The notes beneath the pieces are model-generated. The model did no database searches. It was not told the origin of the DNA and saw nothing but the letters and a program-made list of their open reading frames with translations. Below, piece by piece: positions 42,985 to 59,192 of a stretch of 64,000 nt of DNA. The position numbers and the translations under genes were made by a program. Origin of the DNA: the human T2T-CHM13v2.0 reference genome, Homo sapiens; NCBI RefSeq assembly GCF_009914755.1, contig NC_060927.1; one strand, 5' to 3'. The stretch's first letter is position 1; every line of letters starts with the position of its first letter.

Positions 42985-43317
42985 TCTTTTTCTTCTTCTT
43001 TTTTTTTTTTTTGAGGCGTGGTTTCTCTCTGTCACCCATGCTGGAGAGCAGTAGTGGAATCACAGCCCACAGCAGCCTTGAACTCCTGGGTTAAGCAATC
43101 CTCCCACTTCAGCAGCCCCCTCCCAGCCCTCCCTGTAGAGTAGCTGGGACTAGAGGTGTATGCCACTATGACCTGCTAATTTTTTTTTTTTTTAACTTTT
43201 TGTAGAGACAGTGTCTCACTATGTTGCCCAGGCTGATCTCGAACTCCTGGGCTCAAGTGATCCACCTGCCTCGGTCTCCCAAAGTGCTGAGATTATATGT
43301 GAGCCTCTGTGCCTGGC
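42985..43317 (-). mobile_element. AluJ with (CCT)n/(CTT)n tract next to tail
   Basis: Antisense dimer, CTCACTATGTTGCCCAGGCTG. Confidence 0.9.
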
Positions 43318-44097
43318 TTCCCTTTCTTTCTAATACAAAAGGTAGCACATTATAGATCATCATCTGCATATTGTTTTTTCACCAATCAATACATCCTATG
43401 AATCACACCATACCTGTTCATAGAGATCTTTCTCATTTAGAATTAAATAGGACTCTGACACTTATCTCCTTAAAATCCTTCAGAAGCCTCCCTTGGCCTC
43501 CAGGAAAAAAAGAGCTGTCTCCTTAGCTAGTTCCACAAGGTTCTTTACCTGTGGTAATAACTCACCTCCCCATTCTCACCCCCATTACCTCCTGCCCCAC
43601 ACACTCCACCTTCCAGCCAAATCTACCTTCTGTCTACTCTTAGCACTAGCAAAGTGCCTGGATGTGGGAGGACCCCATAAGCATTATGGCCTGACAAACA
43701 CACCATGCCTTTGATCTACTTGAAATGCCCTTTACTCCTTCCTTCCTAAAACAAATCTCTACTCATCTCTTTAGATCCAGATTAAAAGGTCACTTCTTTT
43801 CTATAGCTTTTTGGAACTCTTTGAGCAAATTTGCCTGTTCTCCCAGCTGTGTTCCACAGAATCCTATGTATTTCTCTATTGCGGTGGTTGATGATTCCCT
43901 GTGGGGGACAGACACCCAAACAGCTATTAATAATTAACATACAAGCTGGCAAGAGAAGTGGTGCAGATATGTCCAGAGATTTATGGGGTCATCTAATGTG
44001 TCTGAAGCAGGCACAAATAATCAGGAAAAGCTTCCTGAAGGAGCTGATGCTCCTGCTGAGGAGGGGTGACGAGGTGATGTGGTATACATTGCTATAA

Positions 44098-44526
<429 letters not shown>

Positions 44527-45984
44527 TAAAACATTGCCTGACTCTCCAGATGGTATCCCACGTGACAGCCCGCCTCTGCCTTCTGCCCTTTGATGAAGGT
44601 GACAGCTGACAGCCAGGAGGGCTTTCTCTAGCTCACGAAGCTCGGCACTTCCCTCAGCAGCCTGCTCCATCACTCCCCTCTCAGAGGCTCTTTGTAGTAT
44701 GAACAATCTTCTTATTACCACCCCAAGCATCTTTTCTGACAGAAAAAATTGAATAGGATTTTCTAAATAAAACTCAGATTGGATATTGTCTGACTTGGGT
44801 AGGAGAAGAGTATTTTATGTCTCTACAGCTATGTCACTCTGAGCAATTGCTTCAGCTCCTTTGGCCTCAGTTTCCTTGTCTATGAAATGAGGGGGTGGGA
44901 ATAATGGTTTCTAATGCATTTTCTAGCTCTGCAATTTTATATACTGGATCAAATTCTATTTGTTCTGTACGGATGTCAGCATGGAAATCACAAGTCAGGA
45001 GGAAGAAGGCAAATTCAATGAGTATTGAATTGCACCCTGGGTCTCTCTATTCATTTGAATGAATCAGCCATACCCAATTATCCAGGAACAAACACCTCCT
45101 CATCTCCTCTTTGCTCTCCTAAAAACATTAATTCATGAATATGACATCAGATTGGAGAAGCCTATTTATGTGCATTTGAAGGTTTATTACAAAGCCATAA
45201 TGAGTACATGTTCATAAGGGAAGAAAGACTAAAAGCTACAAAGATAAAAACCTCTTTCTCTTCTCAGACTTGTGGAAAGTCGCAACTTGACAAGTGCCCC
45301 ATCTCTGGCTTTAACTCCTACTGTTCCTTCTTCAACTCTATAACTCTTATGCAGGCTTTGGAGTTTAGTTCAAATTGCACCTGAAGATGCCCTCTTTAAT
45401 TGCCCAGACCTGGCTGGGCATATCTTGTCTGCTCTCCAGTAGCACTTTGGGTTTTTCTCCATTATGACATTTACTGCAGTGCATGTACTTACCAACTGTC
45501 TTCCCTACAGGACTTTGAACTCCTTCAGGGCAGAAAGAGTGTCCTGTCTGCTTTGCACCTCTAGCTACTACAAGATTTCTAAGAGTTCATTTTTTGACAC
45601 TAGAAAAATGATTCTCAACCTTTTATTGACCAAGATCATTTTCATGGAGTCAAAGTTCCTACCACATCTATTTACATGTCCCTATAGAGGAGGAACTGGG
45701 TGATAAAAAGAATTCAAGAAGAACAGAAGATGCAAGTTGCAGTACAATTGTTGATAGTATCACTTACAAGTCACTTAATTTACCATAAAATATACATCAA
45801 CACTCACATTTTATATTAAAATAATGACCTACACAAGTATAGGCTATCAGGGTTATAAAGTTATAACAGATATAGACTTATAATCAAGTTACTTTATTAT
45901 GCTTAATCTGATAGTATTTTGTAAGTTACATAAGTTGCTTGAATTTATCAATGAACTGTCACTATTGTGGTCGTCATTTACATT

Positions 45985-46545
45985 GGTGGTCCCCCAAACC
46001 ATGCTTCCTGATATTTATGCCCTTTCTAGTTTCTTCCCTTGAGTCCGGGCTGCACCTGTAACTTGCCCTAACCAAGAGAGTGCATTAGAAGTGGTGCTGT
46101 GCCTGTGTCAAGCATAAGCCTTGAGAAGGCCCACTTCTGAGTTCCTAAGGGCACTGAACTGCCATGTAAGAAGTTCAGCCATTTTGCTGGAGAGATCACA
46201 TAGAGACCACATGGAGAGGCCACGTGGATGAAGGGAGATCTAACATTACAGAGAGGAGAACTGAGCAACCCATCTGATGACAAGAACTGAAGCCCAAGAT
46301 GTAAGACCCCAGTCAAGCCATTCCAGCCAGCACCCAGTCATCTAAGTCATCCTAGCTGTGTTGTGAGACAAGAAGCCATTTGGGATTTCACAGCCTTGGC
46401 AGACATCACACGTGGAGCAGAGATAACCCATCCCCGCTCAGCCTGGTCTGGATTCCCAATGCACAGAAACACATAGACGAATAACATAATTGTGGAGCAA
46501 CAAGATTTTGGGGCAGTTAGTTATGTAATCGTAGATAACCAAGAC
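45985..46545 (+). mobile_element. MLT1-type MaLR LTR
   Basis: GAACTGCCATGTAAGAAGTTCAG; end GATTTTGGGGCAGTTAGTTATGTAATCGTAGATAACCAAGACA. Confidence 0.72.
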
Positions 46546-48327
46546 AACTACACAAGCACTTTTAGGGGCAGGTTATGCATGTGTCTATTTGGCAACAGAA
46601 TCTGCATGATTCATGCTTGAACTGCAACTTATTCATGTCTTAAAATCTAGTAGTTGGAAAATTATAGGCTAAAAATACCTTCGATGCAAATATGTATCAC
46701 TGCCTGCTGTAGGGTTAGCCAAATATCCTTCACAAACTAATATGATAATTATGAAGTCAAGTGAACTATAATTTCTAATTAATAAGCAAGAATAGCAGTA
46801 GCTGAAAACCACAACCAACTCAAAGCAAGACTGACATGCAATGACAACAACGGGGCCTTCCCCAGGTCACAGGATTCTAACCATCTACTTGAGTGTGGGG
46901 GCTGTAGCTGCTGAGCATTTAGAAGCAGCCTGATTTCACAGATAACTGAATTAAAGCCCTTGGGGAACTTTGCAATGATCTAATTTAAGTTTATGAGTGG
47001 TAAATATGAGTAATACCTAATAACTCATTTAGCATATTACTGGCATGTAGTCCTTAAATAAACATAAACACAAAAGTCTTGGGATTGCATTCTATCCATA
47101 AGAATTCAGAGAGGATTTTCATTTGAGAGGTACTTTGTACACCATTAGTGGCCTCAGAGTGAATGTGAGAATCTCTGCCGCAAGATAGTCATGAAAATGT
47201 CAGGCTGAACCAAATGCCCAGGTGGGGGAGCTGGGAGTGGCTGGTACCCAGAAAAAGCTTTTGGGCTCCAAGGAGAAGTTGAGGACTGCTACTTTGGGGG
47301 TCTGTCTTTGGCACAGGCAGGCAGTGTTGGTCTAAGAAGAGTGTTTGTAGCTCAGGGGCATCACAATCTGAGGATTGGTCATTCATTCATTTGTTCACTT
47401 GCTCAACAAATCACTGTAATAACAAGCAATAGCAGCAACCTCCATTTATAGATTGCAACACATCTTGCGCTTTGCAAACTTCATCTGTAATAGTCACCAA
47501 ACCCTGTGAGGAACGTATGTTTTATGCCCATTTAACATCTGTAGAAGCAGGCCCAGAGTAATTCTCCCAAGTTATCCTACTAGTAAATGATGAGACTGTA
47601 TAGGAATCTAAGTCTGTGTTGTTCCAAAGCTCATGGTAACATCTTTGGATGAATGAGTGCTGAGTACCTAAGTGTTGAGCCTGTGCAGGTACAGATGCCA
47701 TTAATAAGCCACCTGTGGAGATGCCACGCCCTGGTCCTCAACATGGAAGGGGAATGGAAGCCAGAATAAAAACCATGGCCTGTTCCTGAAAAGCCAACAT
47801 TATTTGAGGGAGGAAAAGCTATATTATATTAAACATGAGCACAGAATGGAATAGAATGCAAAATATCCAGGAAATTTGTAGGCAAAACATGGGACTTCGA
47901 AAGAAAACCTTGCTCTTGCCCTGGGGCCACCTCTGTGAATCCTGGGAGAGTTCACTCAGCTTCACCACTTGGGGCCCTTAACAGTGGAAATTTAAGGAAG
48001 CAGGGTTGTGAATAGCAATGGAAAAGTCTGATTCTGAACTCCAGTGCTGAGGGGCTGATGTAGGGAAGGGATTGTGAGTAGAGGTCTCCTTTATGAAATT
48101 ACTACCTGGGGAAGCGTCTGCCCTAGACTCATGCCCTGTGTCAGGGAGACTTCTGCCCAGAGCACCAAGCACAAGTCTGACTTTGGAATTAGAGACCAGA
48201 ATTCAGATCTTGGCTCTATCCTATATAACTGTGTGACATTAGCAAGTTCTTCTTCATCTCTAAATGGGAATGGTGAAAATATTAACACATGCTTCCCAAG
48301 GTTATTATGAGATTATTTGTATAATGT

Positions 48328-48737
48328 TTATTATGGTTTGAATGTTTGTCCTCTCCAAAATTCATGTTGAAATTTAATCTCCAAAGTGGCAGTATTGAGA
48401 GGTGAGGCCTTTAAGAGGTAATTGGGTCCTGAGGACACTGCCCTAGTGAATGGATTAATCCATTCATGGATTAATGGTCTATCATGGGAGGGGAACTGGT
48501 GGCTTTATAAGAAGAGGAAGCGAGATCTGAACTAACACGTTCAGCCCCCTCACCATATGATGCCCTGTACCACCTTGGGACTCTATGTAGAATCACCACC
48601 AGTAAGAAGGGCCTCACCAGATGCAGTCCCTCAACCTTGGACTTCTCACCCTCCATAACCGTAAGAAATAAGTTCCTTTTCTCTGTAAGTTACCCAGCTT
48701 CAGGTATCCCGTTATAAGCAGCAGAAAATGGACTAAG
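48328..48737 (+). mobile_element. MST (MSTB-like) MaLR solo LTR
   Basis: TATGGTTTGAATGTTTGTCC...GGATTAATCCATTCATGGATTAATGG...AGCAGAAAATGGACTAAG. Confidence 0.88.
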
Positions 48738-48770
48738 TGTTTATGAGAGCATCACTAGTAAAACTTTCTG

Positions 48771-48900
48771 TCAGTGGCTTTGAAAGCGTGGTCCTCATCC
48801 CAGCAGCATCAGCACCACCGGGGGAACGTGTTAGGAAGGCAAATTCTTGGAACCCGCACCAGAGCTAGAGAAATTCAGGGAGGGTCAGCAACCTGCCTGT
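48771..48900. mobile_element. MER5A-type relic
   Basis: CAGTGGCTTTGAAAGCGTGGTCC...CAGCAGCATCAGCACCACC. Confidence 0.7.
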
Positions 48901-50672
48901 GTTTTGTAATCACTGCTTTACATTAATGTAAGGAACAGGACTAAGAAGAGAAACTTGGAGTATCTGGAGCTATTTCTTTTTCTTAATGGGGACCTTAAGC
49001 AGACAGATTTTGGGTCTGTCAAATCAGTTCCACTTTCCTGAGGCAGTAAAACATTATAGGGAAGCTGGAGGCCCATGACTGCCAGAAAACTGTCATCATG
49101 CCACACTCCTAAAATTGTCATGTTATGACTTATATTCCCTGCAGAATTTTCCTTTCTTTCCAATCTGGATGTGTTTTTCATACTCCTTCTATAACATTTT
49201 GTGCAAAATATTCATCTAGAGAAGGCATAGAACAGGTAAGATTTTCCATCATGAAGCAAATGGACAAGAAACAAACCAAAAATCCAAGAAGGTAAGAAAA
49301 TGACAGCTCCATTAAGGCTAGCAGCTCATTCCCACACCAGAAATGGACCTGTCAGCGAAGAGACATTGCAGAGCCCTGGGCATGAGTATGGGGCTTGGGC
49401 AGGTCTAGAAAGACAGCTCTGTAAAAATGCCTAGGTATTGTGGTGATAGCGGCGTGGTATGTACGTGTGTGTGTGTTTTAACAGTAACCGCAACAAAACC
49501 CCACTAAAGAGAAAACACTCAAGTTTGGAACGGTGTGTAAAACCACGCTCAGCTTGGTAAGTTCCCATGGAGTAGAAGGAACTTGAGGTCAGCCATCCAG
49601 TCATCATTCTCCACTTCATGAAGCGCTTGTGTTCTCCCTCCCCTCTCTCTTCTGCCAACGCCTGATCTCCTATTCTCTAATTCTCCTTTCCTTTTCCTCA
49701 TCCCCTTTTTGTTTCCCATAACAACATAAACAGCAGCAGCCGCTTACTGAGGGTCTACTATCTGTTCTATATTAATGCAATCCTTAAAATAATCTCTCAA
49801 GGTAAGTAATATTACACCTGGGACCAGGTTCCTTGCAGGAAACTGAGCAATCATTCAAACCCATGTCTGTCTGAATGCAAAGCCCATATTCCCCCACCCC
49901 ACCCTGCATCTGTACTGCTTCTCAGACCTACAGAGATTATTAGTACCATCTCTAGATTGTAAACTGATGGAGGGTGGATTTACTGGTTCATTCCAGAAAC
50001 CTAGGGCTGAGTTTATGGAAGGCTCTGGGTAGCCAGGTGCCTCTTCCTCCACCAACCAGCAGTGTCCTAATGGGCGATTATGTAGTAATGATTCGGCACT
50101 GTGGACAACAGCATCTAGAGGTGCATACACCTCATGCCTAGCCCAGACAATATGTCCCTGGATGGCCTCCTCTACCCCAGAGGTGTCTAGAACCCAGTTT
50201 GAAATAAATACTTCATTAATATTCAGTAACCTTTACAATGTGACAGATGGTCCTAAACAACTTGCACAAATTAGCTGGTTGACTCTTCATAACAACTCTG
50301 TTAGGTGGATACAAATATTATGCTCATTTTAAAGCTGAGGAAACTGAAACACGGAGGTTAAGTAACTTGTCCTAGGTCACAGAGCTATTAATTAATGAAT
50401 CCAGGATTCCAATCCTGGATTGGAATTATGTTATATGACACAAAGTTAACGGGCATTGGCTTGTGGCAGTACTTGGCATAAGAAAGTCATCGAGAAAATG
50501 CAAATATATCTGTAATAATTTTAAACATTGTCATTTGAATAAAGTACAACATTGAAATCATTTCACAGGGCACTCATAAACCCCGGTTACAGAAACACCA
50601 CAGCTTGATGGGGTTTGGAAACCAGAAAGGAAGAACAAATTAATTTTCTAAAGCAAATAAAAGGTGTTGTAA

Positions 50673-50940
<268 letters not shown>

Positions 50941-51556
50941 AAGCAGTCAGTTCTACTCTCTATGCTTCAAGTTTCTCATTTGATAATTGTGGTGAGTGAA
51001 ATAAGTAATATTTAAGCTCTTTTTAAACAGTAATTTCATTTTCCTTCCAGAAATGTTAGACATAAACCCTTTACTCTTGCCACATGGTATCTCGTGCCAC
51101 CATTTTAGGCTGGGGAATGCCTTTTGTTTTCATATTCATTTAAAGTATACTCCATTGGATGGAAACAACAGTAAGATACTTTTGCCACCTACCAAATTGT
51201 TAACAACTTAAAAATAGTTAATATCCTTGTTGGTAGAAAGGAAGGAAACAGAAACTGTCCAATGCTGCTGGTGTGGAAGTAAATTAGCCAAGGTAACGCT
51301 ATATGCCAATAGCCTTAAAATGTACATTTCCATGACATTTTAGTTCTATAAGTTTATCTTAAGAAAGCAACTATGGACAGTAATAACAGTATCACTTTCG
51401 CAACTACTACTATTATTTCCACAAGATTTCACCTCCCAGGACATTTGTGGCAGCACTGTTTAAAATAGCAAAAAATCAAAACGATTTAAATGCCACACAA
51501 TATAGGATTAAATAGCTTTTAGTATGTACATCTAAAATATTAAACTATACATATTT

Positions 51557-51943
51557 GTAGTAGGTGCTGAACTGTGCCAATCAGATCTCCCAGATACTTG
51601 GGAGTGGTGCTGGCAGACAGCTCTCACCTGTCAATTCTTTTCAGGAATTGCCTTAACTCTAAAAAGCTGCCTTGTCCAAGGTCATGTCCCCTTCTTGGGC
51701 AGCCCACACCCAGTGACTGGATGATACACAGTGGTACGGTATAAAAGCCTGGTCATCTCACCCCAACTGGGAGCAACTCTGCAGGACCATCTCAGTCCAA
51801 CTTCTCCCTTCACCAAGTTCCATTTCTGTCCTTTCCCTTCCACGAAGGGTGATCCCAAGCGTACTCCCTAATAAAACTCATTAACACTTCTGCATGACAA
51901 TCTCCATCTCAGAATCTGTATCCCAGGAAATTTCATTGGCAGC
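51557..51943 (+). mobile_element. LTR16-like ERVL LTR
   Basis: CCAAGGTCATGTCCCC...GGTATAAAAGCC...CTAATAAAACTC...AATCTCCATCTCAGAATCTG. Confidence 0.6.
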
Positions 51944-52019
51944 AATATGAAAATTAAGAAAAAGATCCATGCATTCTTAAGTAACTCCATGTTTAAAAAA
52001 AATGTAAATATGAAGATTT

Positions 52020-53950
<1,931 letters not shown>

Positions 53951-56900
53951 GCTTACTTTAGTTCTGGTACTTACTAGCTACGTGACTGGTAAAATTTTTG
54001 AAATCTTTGTCTATCTAAGCCCTAGTTTATTCATGTGAGTGATAATGGAATCTCCCTTGTGGAGTTTTTTGTGACTATTAGAACTAGTAAACGTCATTTT
54101 AAAAACCTCTCAAAATTACATGCAATATTTGTAGTGGTACAAATATTCTTATGTAACTGAAAAAAGAGAGATGTGAAAGGATGTACATGAAATGTAATCA
54201 TGGTTACTTCCAAGAAATACATAAAGTTTAGAAGTTGAGGTTTTGTTATCTGTAACTTTTTAATTCTTTTTTAAAAAGGGAATGTATTAATGTATTATTT
54301 ATACTTTTTAAAAATTTGAAGGAAAGTCCTTATTTCTACTATCTAGGTCTGCTTCTTTCTATTTTTTTCTGGCACAACTCAATCTTTTCAAAGTTTACGT
54401 ACATTGGTTAGAGATGGAGGCTTACGGAACATTGACTTGAAGGCAGATACCCAAGCAGTTACTGCATGGAACATATCAATGTATACTATGTATGAACATG
54501 TGTAATGTATGTGGGCTTATAGGATAAACAATATGTATTATGTCTTTTCATTCTTTATGAGTATTATTTATATACATGAGAATTTTAGTATCTGTGAACG
54601 ATGCATGAATGTATACCATTGTTAAATAAATGAATCACCTTCACCTAAAGTTCCCCTACACCAGAAATTATAGAGGACTTATTCTACCTTGAAATCCTGT
54701 TCTATCTTCTAGTTAGCTTATCCTTTCCTATAAAGTTGGTTAAAATAATGATGTTCAATGGGCAATTATGCTTGTGCATTTATCAAGCTTTTAGTATGTT
54801 TAAAATACTCTGCTAGGAGCTATGGGGGAGGCAAAGATGAATTAGGATTACCTTAGCCATCAGTGAACTTAAAGCCCATTGGGGATATCACAGAGCTTCC
54901 ATAAAAGCTATAGTACTGAGCTGTGTGTGCTAAGGGCTGTGGAGCTCAGAGAAAGAAGAGCTCAGACAGCGATGATGTTGACATGGTTGACTGAGAAGAA
55001 AGAGCAGAAAAGACTCCTGTTTACTAACTGTGTCTTACATGCCTCCACCGGAGAGAGGAACTACTAAAATCAAAACCTCAAGACTCCTAAATTGGATGTA
55101 ACTTTAAAAGAGGTTTTTTCATGCTATGAGATTATGTTTTTGTATTTTCAATTTCAATAAAAAATACAGCTAATGGGTTCCTCAGTTCAAACTAATTAGG
55201 AATGTGCTATTTCATTTCCCCCAAATCTTCCAAAATAATGAGCCCAGCTTACTGAAGCATGTGTGTGGGTTGTGGGGGTGGGTGGTATGCCAAGAGGCCT
55301 GTACGCTGGGGCCTGTGAGATATTGAAGGTTTCTCTGCTGCTCCTTTGTACCACTGGCTTCTGATGTGGAGCACAAAGTGTCAGCAGTACCCGGAAATCT
55401 ATATCTGCCAGGAAACAGAAAAGAGTATCACCCCAAGCTCCAACAAACCTGAGTCAGCATGTCCTCCATGACATTTCCTATATTTGTGGTCTTGAGCATA
55501 CTATTTATTCTACCTAATCTCTTGAGCCCAAGTTTCCTCATCTGGAAAATGGGAATAGTGGTATCACCTTACACAGTAGGATTAAAGATAATGAATATAG
55601 GTTTCCCAGGGCCGTGCCTGGCACAGGTCTCCACAGATGTTAATTCCCTTCCCTTCCTCTTTATCAGACACAGGTAAATGTGCCAAGATTCCCTGACCCC
55701 TTGAGTGTCCTCATAAAATGGAGAAGTGGTTTAAAATGAGAGAAAGTATGAATTTAGAGATGAAAAATCTTCGAGGAAGAGGATGGGAGGGAAAGAAGAT
55801 GCTTTTCAGTACCAGCTGTAGAAGACAAAACATTGTAAATTTTCACCTTCATCTCTAGAAGCTGTTAATGAATAAGTAAATTTAAAAAACTATAAACTTT
55901 ATGGAAACATCTGCTTGCAGGGGTTAGGAGTGGCTGGATGTGTGGGCCAGACTAATAACACTGGAGGGGTTGGGAGAAGAGCACAGAGTTAGTCATTTGG
56001 CTGAATGTGTTTAATAAATTACAACCCAATTGGAGGGACTGGCTCCCTGGGTGAGTCACTTTGAACTAGGCAAAAATAGCCAACAGAAACCAGCCCCAAC
56101 TAAAGAAAAATAAATCATTTTATTTGATTGACTGACATTGTTTTGATCAGAGTGTGAAATCACATGCTGAGTTTAGTTTGGTCAGAAAGCCACCCTGTTG
56201 CTGATGGAATCACATGCACATATTCATTCCTCTAACCACTTGCTAGATGTAACTTTTAAATATATAAATACTCTACTCTCAAACTTACCTTCCTCCCACG
56301 TCTATCTCCAAAACTAAACAACTAACTTTTTCAATGAAGAAGTCATTCTCCACATTTCCTGGGCTTGATACATTGGCTTTATTTACCTTTAGTCTCCTTC
56401 CCCTCTCTGAAATCTCAATACCAAATCAGACATCAATTCGCCAAGTTTTGTCTTTTATCTTTCAGCTCTGCCCCTTTCTCTCCATTAAATTCCTTGTAAC
56501 AGCACCTCCAGTTTCTGGGTAGGGGCTTCTTAATGGCCCTAGCAGGTCTCTGGTCTCATAACTATCTTCTCACTCATTTTAGTCTGTTCTGCACATGAGA
56601 CTACCGAAAACCACAAGCTTCAATTATTTTCCAGGTCAAGAACTAAACTATCAGTTTGTGTTCAGTGCCTTTTCCAAGTATTCAAGGTACTTTATCTCCT
56701 AGGCTAACTGGATCTCCCACTAGTTTGAGGGGCGAGACTGTGAAGGACTTGGGAATAGGGATAATGTTGTCATTGTTCTTTCTGCTGATCATTGGGATTC
56801 TGGGATAACAAAGAAGCAGATATCACTAAGTGGCTGTAGATTTCTGGACCATGATTTATCATATGCTGGAAGGGTAAGTTCATGTCTGGTCATGAAGGAC

Positions 56901-56972
56901 TTGCATCTACTAAGCATGGGGGACATGTATTTAGTACAGGGTGATGAGTAAGAGGATCAAAGAGCTGGGATA

Positions 56973-57108
56973 GAGCCAGATGCAGTGGTACACAACTGTA
57001 GTCCTAGCTACTTGGGAGGCTGAGGAAGGAAGATGGCTTGAGCCAAGAAGTTCAAGACCAACCTGGGCAATATAGTGAAACCACCAACTCAGAAATAAAA
57101 TAAAATAT
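56973..57108 (+). mobile_element. FLAM (free left Alu monomer)
   Basis: Single monomer with A-rich tail; TSD AAAGAG(C/T)TGGGAT. Confidence 0.85.
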
Positions 57109-57235
57109 AAAAGAGTTGGGATGATACCATGATACCATGAATCTATCCAGGAACTGCTGGTAAAACAAAGACAAGAGAGGGAAGGTACCTGGTGACACGT
57201 ACACATATGTATACATAATTATAAAGAATACTAGA

Positions 57236-57782
57236 GAAGTGTCTGTTCATGTCCTTCGCCCACTTTTTGATGGGGTTGTTTGTTTTTTTCTTGTAAATTT
57301 GTTTGATATAAAGACACATGCACACGTATGTTTACTGCAGCATTATTCACAATAGCAAAGACTTGGAACCAACCCAAATGTCCAACAATGATAGACTGGA
57401 TTAAGAAAATGTGGCACATATACACCATGGAATACTATGCAGCCATAAAAAATGATGAGTTCATGTCCTTTGTAGGGACATGGATGAAATTGGAAAACAT
57501 CATTCTCAGTAAACTATCGCAAGAACAAAAAACCAAACACCCCATATTCTCACTCATAGGTGGGAATTGAACAATGAGGACACATGGACACAGGAAGGGT
57601 AATATCACACTCTGGGGACTGTTGTGGGGTGGGAGGAGTGAGGAGGGATAGCACTGGGAGATATACCTAATGCTAGATGACGAGTTAGTGGGTGCAGTGC
57701 ACCAGCATGGCACATGTATACGTATGTAACTAACCTGCACAATGTGCACATGTACCCTAAAACTTAAAGTATAATAAAAAAA
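57236..57782 (+). mobile_element. L1PA2-like insertion, 5'-truncated with 5' inversion
   Basis: 57236-57306 antisense ORF2 piece; 57307-57782 sense ORF2 C-terminus (ORF 57328..57570 ...FSLIGGN) and 3' UTR; TSD AATACTAGA (57227-57235 / 57783-57791). Confidence 0.92.
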
Positions 57783-58891
57783 AATACTAGAAACTACATT
57801 AATGGGCTGAATAGTCTAGACAGCAAGAGATTGATTTGTTACGGAAATTCACGACCCTAAGGATAGAGCACCTAGAGATATCATGAGTGAGCAGAATATG
57901 GTAAAGAACACATGTGAGTTCATTATGAGCATTTTCTACAGGCCGCTTGGCCACAGGAAGAAATGGAGGGTGGATTCTTAGCCACTGTTATTCTGTCATA
58001 AGGGAAGTTACAGCAGTGAAAGTGGTCTTGTGCTGACTGAACACTTGCAAAACGCCCTTTTCAGCTAAAAATAGCGCATCAGACAAGTCTCTTCATTTCC
58101 CTTGTTGACATGGAATAAAGAAGCTTAACTAGATACACTCCTCTGTCTCTCATTCTTTATTTTTTTATTTGATTTTTTGTTTTGTTTTATTTCTGTTTTT
58201 TTTCTCTCGGTCCCTCATTCTGACCAACAGAAAGACCCTGCTTGGTGAAGCAAGCAGAAGAGACATATTAGGAGAAACAAGCCACTCCAGCTCAGAAGAC
58301 ATGATTGTCAATGAGGAGAAGGCTGGCTGTAATAAGTAGCCAAGAAGTCTAGATTTAGGCAGTCTAAAAAGTTAAAAAGAAGATAGTTATGATTAGATGA
58401 GATTCTGGAATAGAGGCAGCCTGAAGTTTTCCAAAATGGGGAAGCGTTCAAAAATCATTCCAATAAAAAGGGAAAAGAAATGGTCCTTTTAAAAAATGTG
58501 CCTGCAGGCTCACCCACAGATTCCCATCTGAAAAAGACACTTAGAAAAAAAGGAAAAGAAAGGCACACAACCAAGGAACATATAGGAAGATGGCACAAAC
58601 TTAAACGGAAAAATTATAATGTGAAAAAAATAGCTGAAAGTGATCTGAAATACTAAATGACAATAACAACAAAAAACCCCACTATGGGCCAAAAAAAGTT
58701 GGAGGAATTCTGGGAACTGGGCCAGTTCATTTTAGACCCATAAGAGCAAAGAACAGCTTAGTCTATCGCTTGTGAACGAGGATTACCAGAACCTCCATGG
58801 AGGCTACTGAACCACTTTCGTTGATCTTTGAAGAATTTTGGAGAAAAACAACAACAAGAAGCCAGAGGACCAGAAACAAGCAAATCTAATC

Positions 58892-59192
58892 TTCTTTCTT
58901 TCTTTTCTTTTTTTTTGGAGACAAAGTCTCACTCTGTCATCCAGGCTGGAGTGCAGTAGCGCAGTCTTGGCTCACTGCAACTTCTGCCTCACGGGGTGAA
59001 GTGATCCTCCCACCTCAGCCTCCTGAGTAGCCAGGACCACAGATGCGCACCACCATGCCTTGCTAATTTTTTTGTATTTTTGGTAGAGACGGGATTTCAC
59101 CATGTTGCCCAGGCTGGTCTCAATTTCCTGACCTCAAGCAATCTGCCTGCCTCCCAAAGTGCTGGGATTATGTGTGAGCCACTGCACCTGGA
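58892..59192 (-). mobile_element. Alu (old S/J)
   Basis: Antisense dimer splitting the CR1 RT region. Confidence 0.92.

Noticed and set aside
48450-48477. Palindromic TGGATTAATCCA and repeated GGATTAAT
   Set aside because: Standard internal feature of MST LTR consensus
57328-57570. 80-aa ORF with clear protein-like sequence
   Set aside because: It is the C-terminus of L1 ORF2p in a 5'-truncated copy; not an independent gene
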